From Eledone cirrhosa (Eukaryota): DNA of 64,000 nucleotides. The position numbers were made by a program, and so were the translations under genes. Position 1 is the stretch's first letter, and each line of letters starts with the position of its first letter. Shown piece by piece: positions 58,771 through 64,000 of this stretch. Where the stretch lies: assembly GCA_964016885.1 (NCBI GenBank), contig OZ024750.1, positions 930,001 to 994,000 on the forward strand, read 5' to 3'. The notes under the pieces are model-generated. The model did no database searches. It was not told the DNA's origin and saw nothing but the letters and a program-made list of their open reading frames with translations.

Positions 58771-61665
58771 GTTGCCTGTCACTAAATATTTAACTATATA
58801 TATGTTGTGGAGTTGCCTGTCACTAAATATTTAACTATATATATGTTGTGGAGTTGCCTGTCACTAAATATTTAACTATATATATGTTGTGGAGTTGCCT
58901 GTCACTAAATATTTAACTATATATATGTTGTGTTGCCTGTCACTAAATATTTAACTATATATATGTTGTGTTGCCTGTCACTAAATATTTAACTATATAT
59001 ATGTTGTGGAGTTGCCTGTCACTAAATATTTAACTATATATATGTTGTGATGCCTGTCACTAAATATTTAACTATATATATGTTGTGATGCCTGTCACTA
59101 AATATTTAACTATATATATGTTGTGATGCCTGTCACTAAATATTTAACTATATATATGTTGTGATGCCTGTCACTAAATATTTAACTATATATATGTTGT
59201 GATGCCTGTCACTAAATATTTAACTATATATATGTTGTGATGCCTGTCACTAAATATTTAACTATATATATGTTGTGGAGTTGCCTGTCACTAAATATTT
59301 AACTATATATATATTGTGGAGTTGCCTGTCACTAAATATTTAACTATATATATGTTGTGGAGTTGCCTGTCACTAAATATTTAACTATATATATGTTGTG
59401 GAGTTGCCTGTCACTAAATATTTAACTATATATATGTTGTGGAGTTGCCTGTCACTAAATATTTAACTATATATATGTTGTGTTGCCTGTCACTAAATAT
59501 TTAACTATATATATGTTGTGTTGCCTGTCACTAAATATTTAACTATATATATGTTGTGTTGCCTGTCACTAAATATTTAACTATATATATGTTGTGTTGC
59601 CTGTCACTAAATATTTAACTATATATATGTTGTGATGCCTGTCACTAAATATTTAACTATATATATGTTGTGGAGTTGCCTGTCACTAAATATTTAACTA
59701 TATATATGTTGTGGAGTTGCCTGTCACTAAATATTTAACTATATATATGTTGTGGAGTTGCCTGTCACTAAATATTTAACTATATATATGTTGTGTTGCC
59801 TGTCACTAAATATTTAACTATATATATGTTGTGTTGCCTGTCACTAAATATTTAACTATATATATGTTGTGTTGCCTGTCACTAAATATTTAACTATATA
59901 TATGTTGTGTTGCCTGTCACTAAATATTTAACTATATATATGTTGTGATGCCTGTCACTAAATATTTAACTATATATATGTTGTGGAGTTGCCTGTCACT
60001 AAATATTTAACTATATATATGTTGTGGAGTTGCCTGTCACTAAATATTTAACTATATATATGTTGTGGAGTTGCCTGTCACTAAATATTTAACTATATAT
60101 ATGTTGTGATGCCTGTCACTAAATATTTAACTATATATATGTTGTGATGCCTGTCACTAAATATTTAACTATATATATGTTGTGGAGTTGCCTGTCACTA
60201 AATATTTAACTATATATATATTGTGGAGTTGCCTGTCACTAAATATTTAACTATATATATGTTGTGATGCCTGTCACTAAATATTTAACTATATATATGT
60301 TGTGTTGCCTGTCACTAAATATTTAACTATATATATGTTGTGTTGCCTGTCACTAAATATTTAACTATATATATGTTGTGATGCCTGTCACTAAATATTT
60401 AACTATATATATGTTGTGTTGCCTGTCACTAAATATTTAACTATATATATGTTGTGGAGTTGCATGTCACTAAATATTTAACTATATATATGTTGTGGAG
60501 TTGCCTGTCACTAAATATTTAACTATATATATATGTTGTGATGCCTGTCACTAAATATTTAACTATATATATATGTTGTGATGCCTGTCACTAAATATTT
60601 AACTATATATATATGTTGTGATGCCTGTCACTAAATATTTAACTATATATATATGTTGTGATGCCTGTCACTAAATATTTAACTATATATATATGTTGTG
60701 ATGCCTGTCACTAAATATTTAACTATATATATGTTGTGGAGTTGCCTGTCACTAAATATTTAACTATATATATATGTTGTGATGCCTGTCACTAAATATT
60801 TAACTATATATATATGTTGTGATGCCTGTCACTAAATATTTAACTATATATATATGTTGTGATGCCTGTCACTAAATATTTAACTATATATATGTTGTGG
60901 AGTTGCCTGTCACTAAATATTTAACTATATATATATGTTGTGATGCCTGTCACTAAATATTTAACTATATATATATGTTGTGATGCCTGTCACTAAATAT
61001 TTAACTATATATATATGTTGTGATGCCTGTCACTAAATATTTAACTATATATATGTTGTGGAGTTGCCTGTCACTAAATATTTAACTATATATATATGTT
61101 GTGATGCCTGTCACTAAATATTTAACTATATATATATATGTTGTGATGCCTGTCACTAAATATTTAACTATATATATGTTGTGGAGTTGCCTGTCACTAA
61201 ATATTTAACTATATATATATGTTGTGATGCCTGTCACTAAATATTTAACTATATATATGTTGTGGAGTTGCTTGTCACTAAATATTTAACTATATATATG
61301 TTGTGGAGTTGCCTGTCACTAAATATTTAACTATATATATGTTGTGATGCCTGTCACTAAATATTTAACTATATATATATGTTGTGATGCCTGTCACTAA
61401 ATATTTAACTATATATATATTGTGGAGTTGCCTGTCACTAAATATTTAACTATATATATGTTGTGGAGTTGCCTGTCACTAAATATTTAACTATATATAT
61501 GTTGTGGAGTTGCCTGTCACTAAATATTTAACTATATATATGTTGTGGAGTTGCCTGTCACTAAATATTTAACTATATATATGTTGTGGAGTTGCCTGTC
61601 ACTAAATATTTAACTATATATATGTTGTGATGCCTGTCACTAAATATTTAACTATATATATATGT
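58771..61665. repeat. 2.9-kb minisatellite of 38-42-bp variant units (about 70-75 copies)
   Basis: Core tgcctgtcactaaatatttaactatatatatgttgtg with linker gagt, t or a, and variable TA number. Confidence 0.95.
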
Positions 61666-62357
61666 AGTGCTGTTGTGCTGTTGTGGTATACAAGTTAGTG
61701 CGAATCTTACTTTCAATGTTGCACAGATGTCTTTAATGAGAGGGATATCATCTGACAAGATGAAGCAATTATCATATCATACCATATTATATATCATATC
61801 ACACCATACACACCCTATCATGTGTGTTATGTTAATATGTAAATATATACCCACAAACAAGCATATATATATAATGAGTATATATATATATATACACACA
61901 TGCATAAGTATATAAGTATATACATATCTTTATTTGCATATATGTATGTATACATGTATATATACTTTTATGTATACATGTATGTATGGATGTGTGTGTG
62001 TGTGTATGTGTATGTATGTTTATGTGTGTGTGTGTTCGTATAAAAAAGAAACGAGAGAAAAGAACAACACCACCAACAACATCACTAACAACAACAACAA
62101 CACCAACAAAACCACCACCACCACCAACAACAACAACAGCAACAGCAACATTGAGGAGGGGGACGAGGATGAGGAGAATGAGGCAGGGGAGGCGAGAAAA
62201 GTCGATGGCCAATCAGACATACAGACAGTTCAATCGATAGATGGAGAGATAGATAACTAAAGAAACAAAGAGATTGACTGAAGGGAAAAGATTTGCTACA
62301 GAAAGATTATATACATATATATACATATATATATATGTATATATACATATACATATA

Positions 62358-62410
<53 letters not shown>

Positions 62411-62415
62411 GTATG

Positions 62416-62518
<103 letters not shown>

Positions 62519-62533
62519 GTGTATATATATATG

Positions 62534-62578
<45 letters not shown>

Positions 62579-62628
62579 ATACTTGGGGAGGGTCATATTT
62601 GTGTAATATTGCCAGAATTAATAATAGA

Positions 62629-62661
<33 letters not shown>

Positions 62662-62701
62662 AGTATATATATACACTATATATATATATATGTGTATATA
62701 C

Positions 62702-62797
<96 letters not shown>

Positions 62798-62843
62798 ATA
62801 TACATATATATATATACATGTATATATACATATATATATATAC

Positions 62844-62878
<35 letters not shown>

Positions 62879-63162
62879 CATATATATATTACCAATTTAA
62901 AAAAAAGATATTTTCATATATCGTTTAATTCTGTAAAAAATTCTCCTTTGAGTTTAATGTTCTTTGAGCTTTCTGTGTTGAGTAACATAATCAATATATA
63001 TATTTTATATATTTAGATTAAACCCAATTATAGTATATATAGTAACCTAATTATACATACACACACACATATATATATATATACACACATATATATATAT
63101 ATGTATATGTATATAGATACACAGATATTATACACACACACATATTTATATAAATATACAGA

Positions 63163-63225
<63 letters not shown>

Positions 63226-63559
63226 GAAAAGTATAGAAGTTATTGTAGCAAGAAGCCAACAGTATTCCATAATATATGTATATATATATAATATATATAT
63301 GATATATATATATATATATATTAGAACATATACAGGTTGCTACATTGATATATAAATTAGAAAGATTGATAGATAGATCGATCGAAATACTTCGATTCCA
63401 TAAATATATATCTGCTATTGTCTGTGTTTCTTTTATAGTATTTGAGGTAATGGTAGGTTGTGTGTGTGTGTAGTGTTGTTATGTCTGTGTGGATTTGTGT
63501 GTGTGTGTGTTTAAATATGTCTGTGTGGATTTGTGTGTGTGTGTGTTGTTATGTCTGTG

Positions 63560-63614
<55 letters not shown>

Positions 63615-63658
63615 AAATATATGTCTGTGTGTCTAACAGCATGTTTGACTGTCCTTAC

Positions 63659-63690
63659 TAAACTATAAGAAACAGCTGTTCGAACGACAT
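63659..63690 (-). CDS. Candidate first coding exon of the GARNL3-like gene (MSFEQLFLIV + TA|T = Tyr), with putative 5' UTR extending toward 64000
   Basis: ATG followed by a TA|GTAAGG donor in phase 2, compatible with the phase-2 exon at 24751. The surrounding sequence is non-repetitive and relatively CpG-rich. There is no homology support. Confidence 0.3.
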
Positions 63691-64000
63691 GTTCGATCTT
63701 CCGACCACATTCCCCGATGTTTTATCATTCAACCAATAAATACGGAGACGACTCCGACTGGAATCTTCAATCAAGTCTAAACGGAAGGAAACTCCACAGA
63801 AGACAAAGAACTAATTTATCCTCAGTAATTCTTCTTTTCCTCTTGTAATAAAACAAAAAAAAACAAAACAAAAAATATCGAACGAAAAACAAACATTTTC
63901 CCGTCTGATTCTCTCGTTTATTGTATCACAAATACACACAAACTAAAAACAGACAACCCTCCCTCTCTCCATTCTTTACCACCGCCACCAACGCCACTAC

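Overview
AT-rich, microsatellite-dense animal genomic DNA. The repeat content ((TA)n/(CA)n tracts, tRNA-derived SINEs, MITEs) looks like a coleoid cephalopod such as Octopus; this is inferred, not shown. Almost all supplied ORFs are microsatellite or minisatellite artefacts. Two short exons missed by the ORF track (24682-24751 and 1951-2031, minus strand, canonical splice sites, in phase) encode the N-terminal region of a GARNL3-like RapGAP protein, so most of the window is probably intron of that gene. A possible first coding exon lies at 63659-63690. The main finding is a set of short non-coding elements inserted in (TA)n tracts, most forming long fold-back inverted repeats (arms about 50-206 bp). 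Five sequence families carry a minimal type-I hammerhead ribozyme motif (stem I-CUGANGA-stem II-GAAA-short self-complementary stem III-NUH-stem I'), usually followed by AATAAA; a sixth carries a core-mutated version. This architecture matches Penelope-like retroelement pLTR fragments or non-autonomous derivatives. The window also holds two SINE families, Tc1/mariner, hAT and piggyBac-like MITEs, LINE relics (L1/Tx1, R4-like, Hero-like, RTE) and several minisatellite arrays up to 2.9 kb.
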